Assembly: GCA_964648865.1 (NCBI GenBank)
Contig: CAZYLV010000005.1
Span: forward strand, 6,360-70,359
DNA from: an uncultured Gammaproteobacteria bacterium
GTDB taxonomy: Bacteria > Patescibacteriota > Patescibacteriia > 2-12-FULL-57-11
DNA length: 64,000 nucleotides
Reading direction: 5' to 3'
Shown here: positions 1 to 8,784 of the stretch, one piece after another
How the letters are laid out: each line of letters begins with the position of its first letter
Numbering within the stretch: position 1 is the stretch's first letter
Made by a program: the position numbers and the translations under genes
The notes under the pieces: generated by a model
Told to the model about the DNA's origin: nothing
Databases searched by the model: none
What the model saw: the letters and a program-made list of their open reading frames with translations, nothing else

Positions 1-2
1 TC

Positions 3-215
3 ATCCAGGGCTTCATGCTGGAGGCGGCCCTCAACTACGCCTGCCGCAGCCGCGGCCTGAAGTACGGCACCGTGCCGCTCTGGGGATTGGACATCCGCCG
101 CAAGATCGCCAAAGTCGGCCTGGCCAAAGGGCTCGTCGAGTACGTGAAGATGGCCTGGCAGGTGGGCTACGCCACCGTCGCGGTACGCCTGGCCGCGCTG
201 CGGGGGGATTTCTGA
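3..215 (+). CDS. C-terminal fragment of a gene entering from the left edge (possibly a glycosyltransferase)
   Basis: Open frame from the window start to TGA at 215, immediately before murD; codon usage matches neighbours; product is a guess. Confidence 0.45.
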   Translation: MQGFMLEAALNYACRSRGLKYGTVPLWGLDIRRKIAKVGLAKGLVEYVKMAWQVGYATVAVRLAALRGDF

Positions 216-216
216 T

Positions 217-1605
217 ATGCGGCTCCGCGGGAAAAAGGTGCTGGTCTTCGGCTTGGGGCAGTACCCGCAGGGCTCGGGCGTGGCCGCGGCGCTTTGGCTG
301 GCCAGGCAGGGCGCGCAGGTGACGGTCACCGACCTCAAGACGGCCGAGCGCATGCCCCAGACCGTCGCCCAGCTGCGCCGCAAGCGCAGCGTCACGTTGG
401 TGCTCGGCGCGCATCGGACGGCCGACTTCGCCCGCGCCGACCTCATCGTCCGCAACCCCGGCGTGCCGTGGAGCTCGCCTCTCCTGGCGCTGGCCCGGCG
501 CCGCGGGATCCCCGTGCACTCCGACGTCACGCTCTTCCTGGAGGGCTGTCCGGCGCCGGTCGCGGCCGTCACCGGCACGCGCGGCAAGAGCACCACCGCG
601 GCGCTCGCCGCGGCGATGCTCGAGGCCTCCGGTTTCCGCGCCTGGCTGGGCGGGAACATCCGGGTCTCGCCGTTGACGTTCCTGGAGAAGGTCAGGCCGG
701 CGCACCGCGTGGTGCTGGAGCTCTCCAGTTTCCTCACGGAGACGCTCGGTCCGGACCGCCGCGCGCCGGAGGTCGCGGCCATCACCAACCTGATGCGCGA
801 CCACCTGAATTTCTACCCGGACATGACGGCGTACGCCGCGGCCAAGGAACGCATCTTCGCGTTCCAGGACGAGGACGACGTCGCCGTGGTCAACCGCGAC
901 GATCCGTGGACGCGGAAGATGGGGGAGCGCGTCCCCGGCCGCCGTCGGTGGTGGTCTGCGACGCCGTTCCCGGAGGAGAACGGCGCCTTCCTGCGCGGGA
1001 GCAGGCTCATCGTCCGGCAGGACGGCGAGGAGCGCGCCGTGGCCGACCTCAAGACGATGCGGCTGGCGGGCGCCCACAACCGCGCCAATGCCGTCGCCGC
1101 CGCGCTGACGGCGCTTGCCGCCGGCGCCACGGACGCCGGCGTGCGCAAGGCGCTGCGCACCTTCCGTGGGCTGCCGGACCGTCAGGAGACCGTGGCCGTG
1201 CGTCGCGGCGTGCGCTTCGTCAACGACACCACGGCGACGACGCCGGACGCGCTGCTCGCGGCGTTGGCCGCCTTCGGCGACAGGAAGCGCCTCATCCTGA
1301 TCGCCGGCGGCACGGACAAGAATCTCGACTTCGCCGCGCTTCCCGAAGCCGTGCGGCGCGGCGTGAAGCTGCTGGTCCTCCTGCCCGGCACCGGCACGGA
1401 CCAGATGAAGAAAGCCTTCTTCAAGGCCAGACTGCGCACGCCGGCGTTCGAGGCCGACTCCATGGAAGCGGCGGTGGAGCTCGCCGCCGGCATCGCCGAG
1501 CGCGGCGACGTGGTGCTGCTCTCGCCCGGTTGCGCCAGCTTCGGGCCGTTCGCCAACGAGTTCGACCGCGGGGAACGGTTCGTCGCGGCGGTCAAGGGGA
1601 TGTAA
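217..1605 (+). CDS. murD: UDP-N-acetylmuramoyl-L-alanine--D-glutamate ligase
   Basis: KKVLVFGLG N-terminus, NPGVP, VTGTRGKSTT P-loop, VLELSSF, HLN, NDTTAT and LLSPGCASF..F..RG..F motifs. Confidence 0.95.
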   Translation: MRLRGKKVLVFGLGQYPQGSGVAAALWLARQGAQVTVTDLKTAERMPQTVAQLRRKRSVTLVLGAHRTADFARADLIVRNPGVPWSSPLLALARRRGIPVHSDVTLFLEGCPAPVAAVTGTRGKSTTAALAAAMLEASGFRAWLGGNIRVSPLTFLEKVRPAHRVVLELSSFLTETLGPDRRAPEVAAITNLMRDHLNFYPDMTAYAAAKERIFAFQDEDDVAVVNRDDPWTRKMGERVPGRRRWWSATPFPEENGAFLRGSRLIVRQDGEERAVADLKTMRLAGAHNRANAVAAALTALAAGATDAGVRKALRTFRGLPDRQETVAVRRGVRFVNDTTATTPDALLAALAAFGDRKRLILIAGGTDKNLDFAALPEAVRRGVKLLVLLPGTGTDQMKKAFFKARLRTPAFEADSMEAAVELAAGIAERGDVVLLSPGCASFGPFANEFDRGERFVAAVKGM

Positions 1606-1614
1606 GATCGGGCC

Positions 1615-2985
1615 ATGCTCAGGCAGCTCAAAACCGCGGTCCGTCCGTTGGTGCCGACGCCGGCGCTGCTCCTGTACCACCGCATCCTGGCCGAGGCGGC
1701 GGCCTTCCTGTACGGCTACCCGTCGCGGCGGATGGTCGTGGTCGGCGTCACCGGCACCAAGGGCAAGACCACCACCAGCATCCTGCTCGCCCGCATCCTG
1801 CGCGCGGCCGGACACACGACCGGCCTGGCCACGACCGCGGCCATCTCGACCGGAGGCGAGGAGCGGCTCAACCCGTACAAGCAGACGATGCTCGGCCGTT
1901 TCGCCCTCCAGAAGCTGCTCAAGGAGATGGTCGACGCCGGCTGTACGCGCGCGGTCATCGAGACGTCGTCCGAGGGCATCGTCCAGCATCGGCACCGCGG
2001 CATCCTCTACGACGTGGCGCTCATCACCAACCTCACCCCGGAGCACATCCAGGCGCACGGCAGTTTCGCCGCGTACCGGGACGCCAAGCGCGCGCTCTTC
2101 CGCGCCGTCTCCGCGCGTCCGCCCAAGTCCGTCGGCGGCAGGCTCGTCCCGCGGACCTTCGTGGTCAACGGCTGCTTCGCCGAGGCGGCGCTCTTCATGG
2201 CGCTGCCCGCGGACCGGCTCGTGACCTTCCATATGGAAGACGGCTGCGAGCGTTGCGCTATCCCCCCGGCGCACCTGCGCGTCGGCTATCGGCGCCTGAT
2301 GTCCACGGGCTTGGTCACCGGAGCGGACGGCGTCTCCTTCCGGGTCGACGGTGCCGCGGTGCGCTTCCCGATGCCCGGCCGCGCCTCGGCGTGGAACGCC
2401 CTGGCCGCCCTGGCCGCCGCCGAGGCGCTCGGGGTGCCGCGCGCCACCGCCGCCGACGCCCTGGCCGCCGTCCGCGGCGTGCCGGGCCGCTTCGAGCGCG
2501 TCGAGGTCGGCCAGCCGTTCACGGCGATGGTCGACTACGCGCACGAGCCGGAGTCCTTCCGTCAGCTGTTCGCGGCGGTCGGCAGGCCCCCCGGCCGCAT
2601 CATCCATGTCTTCGGGGCCACCGGGGGCGGACGTGATGCCGGCCGCCGGCCCGTGATGGGGGAGATCTCCTCGCGGCACGCCGACGTGGTCATCGTCACC
2701 ACCGACGATCCCTACGACGACGACCCGGCCGGGATCTCCCGGCAGGTCATCGCCGGGGTCCGCGACAAGACGCCGGGCGAGTCGCTCTTCGACATCCTCG
2801 ACCGCCGCGCCGCAGTCGCCAAGGCCGTGGAGATCGCCCGGCCGGGCGATCTGCTGCTCGTCACGGGCAAGGGGAGCGAGCAGGCCATGGTCCTGGCCGC
2901 CGGCAAGAAGGTCCCCTGGGACGACCGCGTCGTGGTCCGGGAAGAGATCCAGAAACGCTATGGAACGCTACACCCTGCGCCCTAA
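1615..2985 (+). CDS. murE: UDP-N-acetylmuramoyl-tripeptide synthetase (Mur ligase)
   Basis: GVTGTKGKTTT, ETSSEG, TNLTPEH, VPGRFE, VDYAH, FGATGGGRD, TTDDP and GKGSE motifs. Confidence 0.9.
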   Translation: MLRQLKTAVRPLVPTPALLLYHRILAEAAAFLYGYPSRRMVVVGVTGTKGKTTTSILLARILRAAGHTTGLATTAAISTGGEERLNPYKQTMLGRFALQKLLKEMVDAGCTRAVIETSSEGIVQHRHRGILYDVALITNLTPEHIQAHGSFAAYRDAKRALFRAVSARPPKSVGGRLVPRTFVVNGCFAEAALFMALPADRLVTFHMEDGCERCAIPPAHLRVGYRRLMSTGLVTGADGVSFRVDGAAVRFPMPGRASAWNALAALAAAEALGVPRATAADALAAVRGVPGRFERVEVGQPFTAMVDYAHEPESFRQLFAAVGRPPGRIIHVFGATGGGRDAGRRPVMGEISSRHADVVIVTTDDPYDDDPAGISRQVIAGVRDKTPGESLFDILDRRAAVAKAVEIARPGDLLLVTGKGSEQAMVLAAGKKVPWDDRVVVREEIQKRYGTLHPAP

Positions 2986-3595
2986 GGAAAAGGTCCTGCT
3001 GCACGTGCGCCGCCATCCGGTGATGGTCGCCGTGCCGCTGCTCTTCCTGCTCGCCCTGTTGCTGCTCGACGCCTTCCTGATGGCGCACCTCTTCCGTTTC
3101 GGGATCCTCGGCGTGCTGGCCTTCCTGCTCGTGGCCGCGTTCTGCGTCCTGGCGGCGCTCAAGTCCTGGCTGCTGTGGATCTCCAACGTGTTCCTGGTCA
3201 CCAGCCACCGCGTCATCGACGTCGACCGCCACGGCTTCTTCCACTGGACCGTCTCCGAGGCCGATCTGGAGCGCATCCAGGACGTCTCCGTGCACAAGCG
3301 CGGCGTGCTCGACCACGTCTTCGGCGCCGGGGCCATCGAGATCCAGACGGCCGGCAGCTCGGCCGTGCTCGAGCTCTCCCGCGTCCCGGCGCCCTTTGCG
3401 GTGCGCGCCCGCATCACCGAGGCCCAAGACGCCCTGGCCGCCGCGGAGCCGATGCGGCCGGAGGCCGGCCCGGATGATCTCGCCGCGCGCGTCCGGGCGC
3501 TGCCGCCGGAGGACCAGCGCGCCGTCGCCAAATACGTCGACCATCTGCGCAGCCGTCGCGCCTTTGCGGCGTTTTCGGCCGAAGAAGAGGGCTAG
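2960..3595 (+). CDS. membrane protein with bacterial PH domain
   Basis: Two TM helices followed by VTSHRVIDV...IQDVSV...G.I.IQTAG, a bPH_2-type pattern. Confidence 0.75.
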   Translation: MERYTLRPKEKVLLHVRRHPVMVAVPLLFLLALLLLDAFLMAHLFRFGILGVLAFLLVAAFCVLAALKSWLLWISNVFLVTSHRVIDVDRHGFFHWTVSEADLERIQDVSVHKRGVLDHVFGAGAIEIQTAGSSAVLELSRVPAPFAVRARITEAQDALAAAEPMRPEAGPDDLAARVRALPPEDQRAVAKYVDHLRSRRAFAAFSAEEEG

Positions 3596-3617
3596 CTGTG
3601 CTATACTGGGCGCAGGC

Positions 3618-4028
3618 ATGCGCACCCGCGCCTCCAGCTTGCAGCAGCGTCTGTGGAACCCGAGGACGATGCTCGTCCTCGGCGGTTTGAGCGTCTTCGC
3701 CGTCGGCAGCGCCCTCATCAACCTCTCCTTGCGCAACCAGTCCATCGACACGGACATCGCGCGGCTGGAGGCCGAGGCGCACGCGCTCGAAGCGCGCAAC
3801 CTGGAGCTGGTGGAGCTGCTCAAGCGTTTCGAGACCTCGGGTTTCCTGGAGCGCGAGGCGCGGCTCAAGCTCAACCTGCAGAAGCCGGGGGAGACGGTCG
3901 TCGTCGTGGAACGGCAGGCCCGGACCACCTCCACCATCGCGGCAGGGCCGCGGCGCGAGACGCTCAGCAACCCCGAGCGCTGGTGGCGGTATTTCTTCGA
4001 TCCGCGGTCGTTGGCCGTCAGCCGCTGA
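3618..4028 (+). CDS. septum formation initiator (FtsB/DivIC family)
   Basis: N-terminal TM, coiled coil, EREARLKLNLQKPGETVVV motif; start placed at ATG 3618 after TATACT. Confidence 0.8.
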   Translation: MRTRASSLQQRLWNPRTMLVLGGLSVFAVGSALINLSLRNQSIDTDIARLEAEAHALEARNLELVELLKRFETSGFLEREARLKLNLQKPGETVVVVERQARTTSTIAAGPRRETLSNPERWWRYFFDPRSLAVSR

Positions 4029-4029
4029 T

Positions 4030-4632
4030 ATGGCACGGGGCAAGACCACGCCGGACATCGAGAGCGTCGCCCTGAGCCCGGCGCCGTGGGTGGCGACCGT
4101 GGCGGGGTTCCTGGTGCTGCTCGCCGGCGCCTGCACGGCCTTCGCCGTGGGCATCTACAGCGGCGGCTGGAGCGGGACATTGGCGCGTCGTGCCGCGGCC
4201 ATCATCCCGTACCCGGCGGCCGTGGTCGACGGACGGTGGGTGCTGGTGCGCGAGGTGCTCGAGGACACCGAGGCCTTCTTGGCCTACCGCGACGCGCATC
4301 CCGAGGTCGACGGCGTCGTGGACCGCGCGGCCATCCAGTCCAACGTGCTCTCACGGCTGGTACGCACCGCGCGCATCGAGCGGCTGGCCAAGGAGCGCGG
4401 CATCGTCGTGACCCAGGCCGAGGTGGACGAGGAGTTCGCCCGCGCCCAGGCGGACGCCGCCGCGACGCTCACCGAGGCGTTGGCCCAGTTCGGTTGGTCC
4501 GAGGAGGGCTTCAAGCGCAAGGTCATCCAGGTCTACCTGCTGCAGAACAAGCTGCGCGGCGTGATGGGCGAGGAGGCGCTGGACGCCGCCCTTGCCGAGG
4601 AGGACGGCATCGTGTATCTGATGAGACGTTGA
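4030..4632 (+). CDS. SurA N-terminal domain protein (PrsA-like chaperone)
   Basis: TM anchor, PAAVVDG, LAKERGIVVTQAEVDEEF. Confidence 0.75.
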   Translation: MARGKTTPDIESVALSPAPWVATVAGFLVLLAGACTAFAVGIYSGGWSGTLARRAAAIIPYPAAVVDGRWVLVREVLEDTEAFLAYRDAHPEVDGVVDRAAIQSNVLSRLVRTARIERLAKERGIVVTQAEVDEEFARAQADAAATLTEALAQFGWSEEGFKRKVIQVYLLQNKLRGVMGEEALDAALAEEDGIVYLMRR

Positions 4633-4715
4633 CATGCTGCTCACCGCTTCACGGGCGATCTGGTCGGGATTCGACGAATCCGGCACCCCGTAGCGGGCGG
4701 CCGTGCCTCGGCAGG

Positions 4716-4736
4716 GACGCCCGGCGGCGTCTTTTT
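4716..4736 (+). terminator. intrinsic terminator
   Basis: GACGCC-CGGC-GGCGTC followed by TTTTT. Confidence 0.6.
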
Positions 4737-4744
4737 CGTATCCC

Positions 4745-5449
4745 ATGCACATGATCGTCCACGCCATCACCACGCGCGTCTTCTGGGAGGGGGAGCCGCT
4801 CGTCCCGTTCATCCTGGAGCATGTCCGCCGCCTGCCGGACGGCGCCGTGCTCGTCGTGACCTCCAAGATCGTGGCGCTCGCCGAGCGCCGCACGGCGCCG
4901 CTCGCGGAGAAGCGACGCCTCATCCGTGAGGAGGCCGAGCTCGTGGTCCCGGCCAAGTACGCCACGCTGACCGTCAAGGACGGCATGGTCATGGCCTCGG
5001 CCGGCATCGACGAGTCCAATGCCGACGGCAAGCTGGTGCTCCTGCCGCGCGACAGCTACGCCGCGGCGCGTCGCATCCGCGCGGCGTTGAAGAAGCGCTT
5101 CCGGCGGAAGCGGCTCGGCGTCCTCGTCACCGACAGCCGTCTCCTGCCGCTGCGCGCCGGGGTGACCGGCGTGGCCATGGGCTATGCCGGCTTCAAGGGC
5201 ATCCGCGACTATCGCGGCACGCCGGACATCTTCGGCCGCATCCTGCATCACTCGCGCACCGACGTGGCCGATTCCTTGGCCACGGCCGCCGTCCTGGAGA
5301 TGGGGGAGGGGGCGGAGCGCCGGCCGCTCTGCCTCATCACCGGGGCGACGGTCGATTTCGTCGAGCGCATCGACCGCAAGGAGCTCGCCATCGACGTCCG
5401 TGAGGACCTCTACGGCCCGCTCTATGCGCGCGTGCGGCGCAAGAAGTAG
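4745..5449 (+). CDS. coenzyme F420-0:L-glutamate ligase-like (CofE family) protein
   Basis: VVTSKIVALAE, SAGIDESN, TDSR..PLRAG, DYRG..DIFGR, ADSLA...MGEG.E..P. Confidence 0.85.
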   Translation: MHMIVHAITTRVFWEGEPLVPFILEHVRRLPDGAVLVVTSKIVALAERRTAPLAEKRRLIREEAELVVPAKYATLTVKDGMVMASAGIDESNADGKLVLLPRDSYAAARRIRAALKKRFRRKRLGVLVTDSRLLPLRAGVTGVAMGYAGFKGIRDYRGTPDIFGRILHHSRTDVADSLATAAVLEMGEGAERRPLCLITGATVDFVERIDRKELAIDVREDLYGPLYARVRRKK

Positions 5450-5455
5450 GCGCGT

Positions 5456-5971
5456 TTACGAGGCGTCAATCTCGGCGAAGACGCGTTCGATGACCGTTTC
5501 GATGGGTTGGTCGGTGTCGACCGGGATAGCACCGCGATCGAGCATCCGGCGTTCAAAGTCCTGTCGCCAACTCTGTATCGTCGCTTCTTCACCCGCATCC
5601 TTGCCGAACTCGTTCTCTGTTCGCGTCCGAAGCCGCCTCAGGAAGGACGCCTCGCTGCAATACAAGAGAATGACCTTGTCGAACAGCGGTAATATCTCCT
5701 CGAGGTTGTGCGACATGCCGACGACAACGACGATATCAGCAGAGTCGAGCAGTCGTTTGGTATGTTCGAGATCGCAGATGTATTCGTGTTCATCGAGCCA
5801 GTCGCGGCCGATACCTGTGTAGTAGCTGGCTTTTTCCCTTGAGGTCTTGTTCCGCCAATGGCAGAGGCCCGCCGTCGAGTCGATGTCATGGACGGCGACG
5901 CCACGCTCGGACAGCCCCTTGGCTAAAGTCGATTTCCCCGTGCCGGGGATGCCGGTAATGAAGATCTTCAT
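5456..5971 (-). CDS. nucleoside monophosphate kinase-like AAA family protein
   Basis: N-terminal ITGIPGTGKST Walker A; lower GC than flanking genes. Confidence 0.75.
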   Translation of the reverse strand: MKIFITGIPGTGKSTLAKGLSERGVAVHDIDSTAGLCHWRNKTSREKASYYTGIGRDWLDEHEYICDLEHTKRLLDSADIVVVVGMSHNLEEILPLFDKVILLYCSEASFLRRLRTRTENEFGKDAGEEATIQSWRQDFERRMLDRGAIPVDTDQPIETVIERVFAEIDAS

Positions 5972-5975
5972 GCAT

Positions 5976-6257
5976 CTAGGATAGCAGCCGTGACCGGTAG
6001 CGCAATCGCTCGAACGTCAGCTGAAGTTGGTGTTTGAGAGCCTCGCGACCATTTCCACCCTTGAGGTAGCGCTCGCGTCGCTCCGCTTCGGCGGCGGTCG
6101 GATAGGCCTCATAATAGATCAACTCCAACGGTCGGCGGTCCTGGGTCGACCGAACACGGCCGGAACGATGGTCGTCGAGCCGACGCTCGAGGTCGCCCGT
6201 GGAGCCGACATACAACCGCCGGTCGCGATGGCTGAACAGGACGTACGTGTAGTGCAT
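5976..6257 (-). CDS. GIY-YIG nuclease (small UPF0213/SLX1-like)
   Basis: YTYVL..RLYVGSTGDLERRL..H, RPLELIYYEAY, A.RRERYLK. Confidence 0.9.
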   Translation of the reverse strand: MHYTYVLFSHRDRRLYVGSTGDLERRLDDHRSGRVRSTQDRRPLELIYYEAYPTAAEAERRERYLKGGNGREALKHQLQLTFERLRYRSRLLS

Positions 6258-6335
6258 GCTTCCATGATATGCAAAACCAGCCGGGTCGCGGCTGGTTTTG
6301 TCTGCCGAATGCGTTTCGGTCGTCCTGTCAAGGGT

Positions 6336-6440
6336 CCAGCTGAGCTGGGCTCACCGAGCTCTGTTCCGCTCGGTCTCTTGGCATCTGAAGGCGAAGCTGA
6401 GCTTCGCCTTATGACTTTTTGACGACCGAGCTGAGCTCGG
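6336..6440 (-). repeat. 105-nt multi-hairpin tRNA trailer, copy 1
   Basis: Closely similar to 6542-6646; three AGCTGAGCT-centred palindromes plus an ACCGAGC...GCTCGGT hairpin. Confidence 0.9.
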
Positions 6441-6516
6441 TGGAGCCACCTCCGGGATTCGAACCCGGGACCTCTGCTTTACGAAAGCATTGCTCTACCG
6501 GCTGAGCTAAGGTGGC
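6441..6516 (-). tRNA. tRNA-Thr(CGT)
   Basis: Reverse complement GCCACCTTAGCTCAGCCGGTAGAGC...TTCGTAA...GGTTCGAATCC...GGTGGCTCCA folds as a cloverleaf with encoded CCA. Confidence 0.95.
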
Positions 6517-6541
6517 ACGCGTACTTCTTGTCGCCGAAGGC

Positions 6542-6646
6542 CCAGCTGAGCTGGGCTCACCGAGCTCTGTTACGCTCGGTCTTTTTCCCCCGGATGCCGC
6601 AGCTGAGCTGCGGCTTATGACTTTTCAACGACCGAGCTGAGCTCGG
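6542..6646 (-). repeat. 105-nt multi-hairpin tRNA trailer, copy 2
   Basis: Direct repeat of 6336-6440 at a 206-bp period, with compensatory stem changes. Confidence 0.9.
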
Positions 6647-6720
6647 TGGAGCGGGTAGCGGGAATCGAACCCGCGACTACTGCTTGGGAAGCAGTCGTTT
6701 TACCATTGAACTATACCCGC
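6647..6720 (-). tRNA. tRNA-Gly(CCC)
   Basis: Reverse complement GCGGGTATAGTTCAATGGTAAAAC...TTCCCAA...GGTTCGATTCCCGCTACCCGCTCCA. Confidence 0.95.
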
Positions 6721-6792
6721 CCATGCGGGCTATGCCCGGTTTCGGCGTGTGCTATACTAGCAGGCGGAAATGCACGCTGCAAGCCCCTTCCG

Positions 6793-7485
6793 ATGGCCGA
6801 GTCCATGATCAATTTCCAGGACGTCTCGCGCGTCTACCCGCCGGACATCGCGGCGGTGTCCAACATCAACCTCCGTGTCCAGCCGGGGGAGTTCGTGTCC
6901 ATCGTCGGGCAGAGCGGCACAGGCAAGACCACCTTGGTGCGCCTGCTCATCGCCGAGGAGCGGCCGGATCGCGGCCGGATCGAGATCGGCGGCTGGGACG
7001 TGACGCGCATCCGCGGCAAGGACATCCCGCTGCTGCGCCGCCAGATGGGCGTGGTCTTCCAGGACTTCAAGCTGCTCCCGCAGAAGACGGTCTACGAGAA
7101 CGTGGCCTTCGCGCTCGAGGTCTCCGGGGCCAGCGGCAAGCGCATCCGCACCGTCGTCCCGCAAGTGCTCAAGATCGTCGGCCTCGAGGAGAAGGCACAC
7201 CGCTACCCGGTGCAGCTCTCCGGCGGCGAAAAGCAGCGCGTGGCCATCGCCCGGGCGCTCGTCCACCGGCCCAAGATCTTCGTGGCCGACGAGCCGACCG
7301 GGAACCTGGATTCCATCAACACCCGCGAGATCGTCGACCTGCTCGTGAAGATCAATCAGTTCGGCACCACGGTGCTGCTGGTGACCCACAACCGCGAGGT
7401 GGTCAACGGCCTGCGCAAGCGGGTGATCACCCTCGACGCCGGACAGGTCGTCTCCGACCAGGAAGTCGGCAAGTATCTGCTCTAG
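6793..7485 (+). CDS. ftsE: cell division ATP-binding protein FtsE
   Basis: GQSGTGKTT, VVFQDFKLL, LSGGEKQRVAIARA, ADEPTGNLD; directly upstream of ftsX. Confidence 0.92.
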   Translation: MAESMINFQDVSRVYPPDIAAVSNINLRVQPGEFVSIVGQSGTGKTTLVRLLIAEERPDRGRIEIGGWDVTRIRGKDIPLLRRQMGVVFQDFKLLPQKTVYENVAFALEVSGASGKRIRTVVPQVLKIVGLEEKAHRYPVQLSGGEKQRVAIARALVHRPKIFVADEPTGNLDSINTREIVDLLVKINQFGTTVLLVTHNREVVNGLRKRVITLDAGQVVSDQEVGKYLL

Positions 7486-7492
7486 GAGGACC

Positions 7493-8407
7493 ATGGTCAT
7501 CTCCCTCGCACGCGTCATCAAGGCGGCGCTCCAGGACTTCGTCCGCAACTTCTGGCTGTCCGTGGTGACGACCAGCATCCTGGCGTTGGCCCTCATCTCG
7601 GTCAACATCCTGCTGGTCCTCAACATCCTGGCCGGCGTGGCGCTGGACGCCGTCTCGGAGCGCATCTCCATCTCCGTCTACCTCAAGCCGACGGCGGGGG
7701 AGGACGTGGTCGCGACCATGAAGAGCGCGCTCGTCTCGCTGCCGCAGGTCAAGGAGATCACGGTCACCAGCGCGGACGCGGCGCTCCGCAAGCTCCAGGA
7801 ACGGCACCCGGACAACGAGGCCATCCAGAAGGCCGTGGAAGAGCTGGGGCGCAACCCGCTCGGGCCGTCGCTGGCCATCAAGGCGCGCAACACCGCCGAC
7901 TATCCTTCCATCCTGGCGGCGCTCGAGAACCCGGCCTACGCGCCGTACGTCCAGGAAAAGAACTTCGACGACCATCGCGACCTCATCACCCGCATCCGCG
8001 GCATCTCGGAGAAGGTCGAGCGGACGGCCATCTCGGTGAGCGCGCTGTTCGCCGTCATCTCGCTCTTGATCGTCTGGAACTCCATCCGCATCACCATCTA
8101 CACGCACCGTGAGGAGATCGGCATCATGCGCCTCGTCGGCGCCTCGGCCTGGTTCATCCGCATGCCGTACGTCATCGAGGCCCTACTCTACAGCGCCATC
8201 GGCACGCTCATCGCCGCGGCCGTCATCTTCCCGCTGTCCGGCGCTGTCGGCCCGTCCATCCGCAATTTCTTCGACGGCACGCAGTTCGACCTGCTCGGCT
8301 TCTTCCAGAAGAACGGTTGGCGGATCTTCGGCATCGAGTTCCTGATCGCCTCCGCGCTGACCACCATCACCAGCGGCATCGCGGTGGGGCGCTACCTGAA
8401 GCGATAA
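7493..8407 (+). CDS. ftsX: cell division permease FtsX
   Basis: RNFWLS, ISVYLK, NPL, NSIRITIYTHREEIGIMRLVGASAWFIRMP. Confidence 0.92.
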   Translation: MVISLARVIKAALQDFVRNFWLSVVTTSILALALISVNILLVLNILAGVALDAVSERISISVYLKPTAGEDVVATMKSALVSLPQVKEITVTSADAALRKLQERHPDNEAIQKAVEELGRNPLGPSLAIKARNTADYPSILAALENPAYAPYVQEKNFDDHRDLITRIRGISEKVERTAISVSALFAVISLLIVWNSIRITIYTHREEIGIMRLVGASAWFIRMPYVIEALLYSAIGTLIAAAVIFPLSGAVGPSIRNFFDGTQFDLLGFFQKNGWRIFGIEFLIASALTTITSGIAVGRYLKR

Positions 8408-8460
8408 AGAAGAAGAGCGCCTCTTTGCAGAGAGCGCTCGAGCAGTCCGAGGACTGCGGA

Positions 8461-8778
8461 GAAAAAACGGCCGGACCCCTGTGGCACGGGTATCGGGGTC
8501 CGGCCGGGACGTCCCGCTGGACGTCCGGTCCGGCCGTGCCATCGGACCTAGGCACCCTCCCGGCACCGCGTTCCCATGAGCCTTCCGCCTCCTTGGCGGA
8601 CGCACGGGGAGACACGAGCGCCGTCGGCCGACAGCGCTTGGTCCGTATCGTGGACCAGTCCGGTTTGGAAGCCGCGCGACCTGTATCAGGACTTTCGGTC
8701 GCGTGCAGGGTGCCCGCATCGGCCGCACTGACCGTTTCCCGCTGCGGGGGAACGGCGCATATCCTAGCGGCTGCGACA
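8461..8778 (-). ncRNA. putative large structured non-coding RNA of unknown family
   Basis: TTGACG-N17-TAGAAC upstream on the minus strand; about eight hairpins; long-range GGCACCCT/AGGGTGCC helix; complementary loops; terminal GC hairpin followed by TTTTTT. Confidence 0.6.
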
Positions 8779-8784
8779 TCAAGG

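Noticed and set aside
31-2679. 882-aa minus-strand ORF and similar long antisense ORFs (e.g. 25580-27541, 36566-39022, 44524-46635)
   Set aside because: They are shadows of well-supported plus-strand genes in high-GC DNA, with low-complexity Arg/Gly/Ala translations and no recognisable motifs.
6336-6646. CRISPR array interpretation of the AGCTGAGCT repeats
   Set aside because: The shared core is only 9 nt, spacing is irregular, the intervening sequences are themselves duplicated, and there are no cas genes in the window.
6646-6792. N-terminal extension of FtsE, and similar extensions at 9128-9340 and 56410-56700
   Set aside because: These extensions run through tRNA genes. Downstream ATGs give normal-length proteins.
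8461-8778. RNase P RNA, tmRNA, SRP RNA or group II intron identity for the structured region
   Set aside because: Only GAAAGTCC resembles RNase P, and the other conserved elements are missing. There are no tRNA-like ends, no SRP GNRA domain IV motif and no domain V. I left it as an unknown ncRNA pending cmscan.
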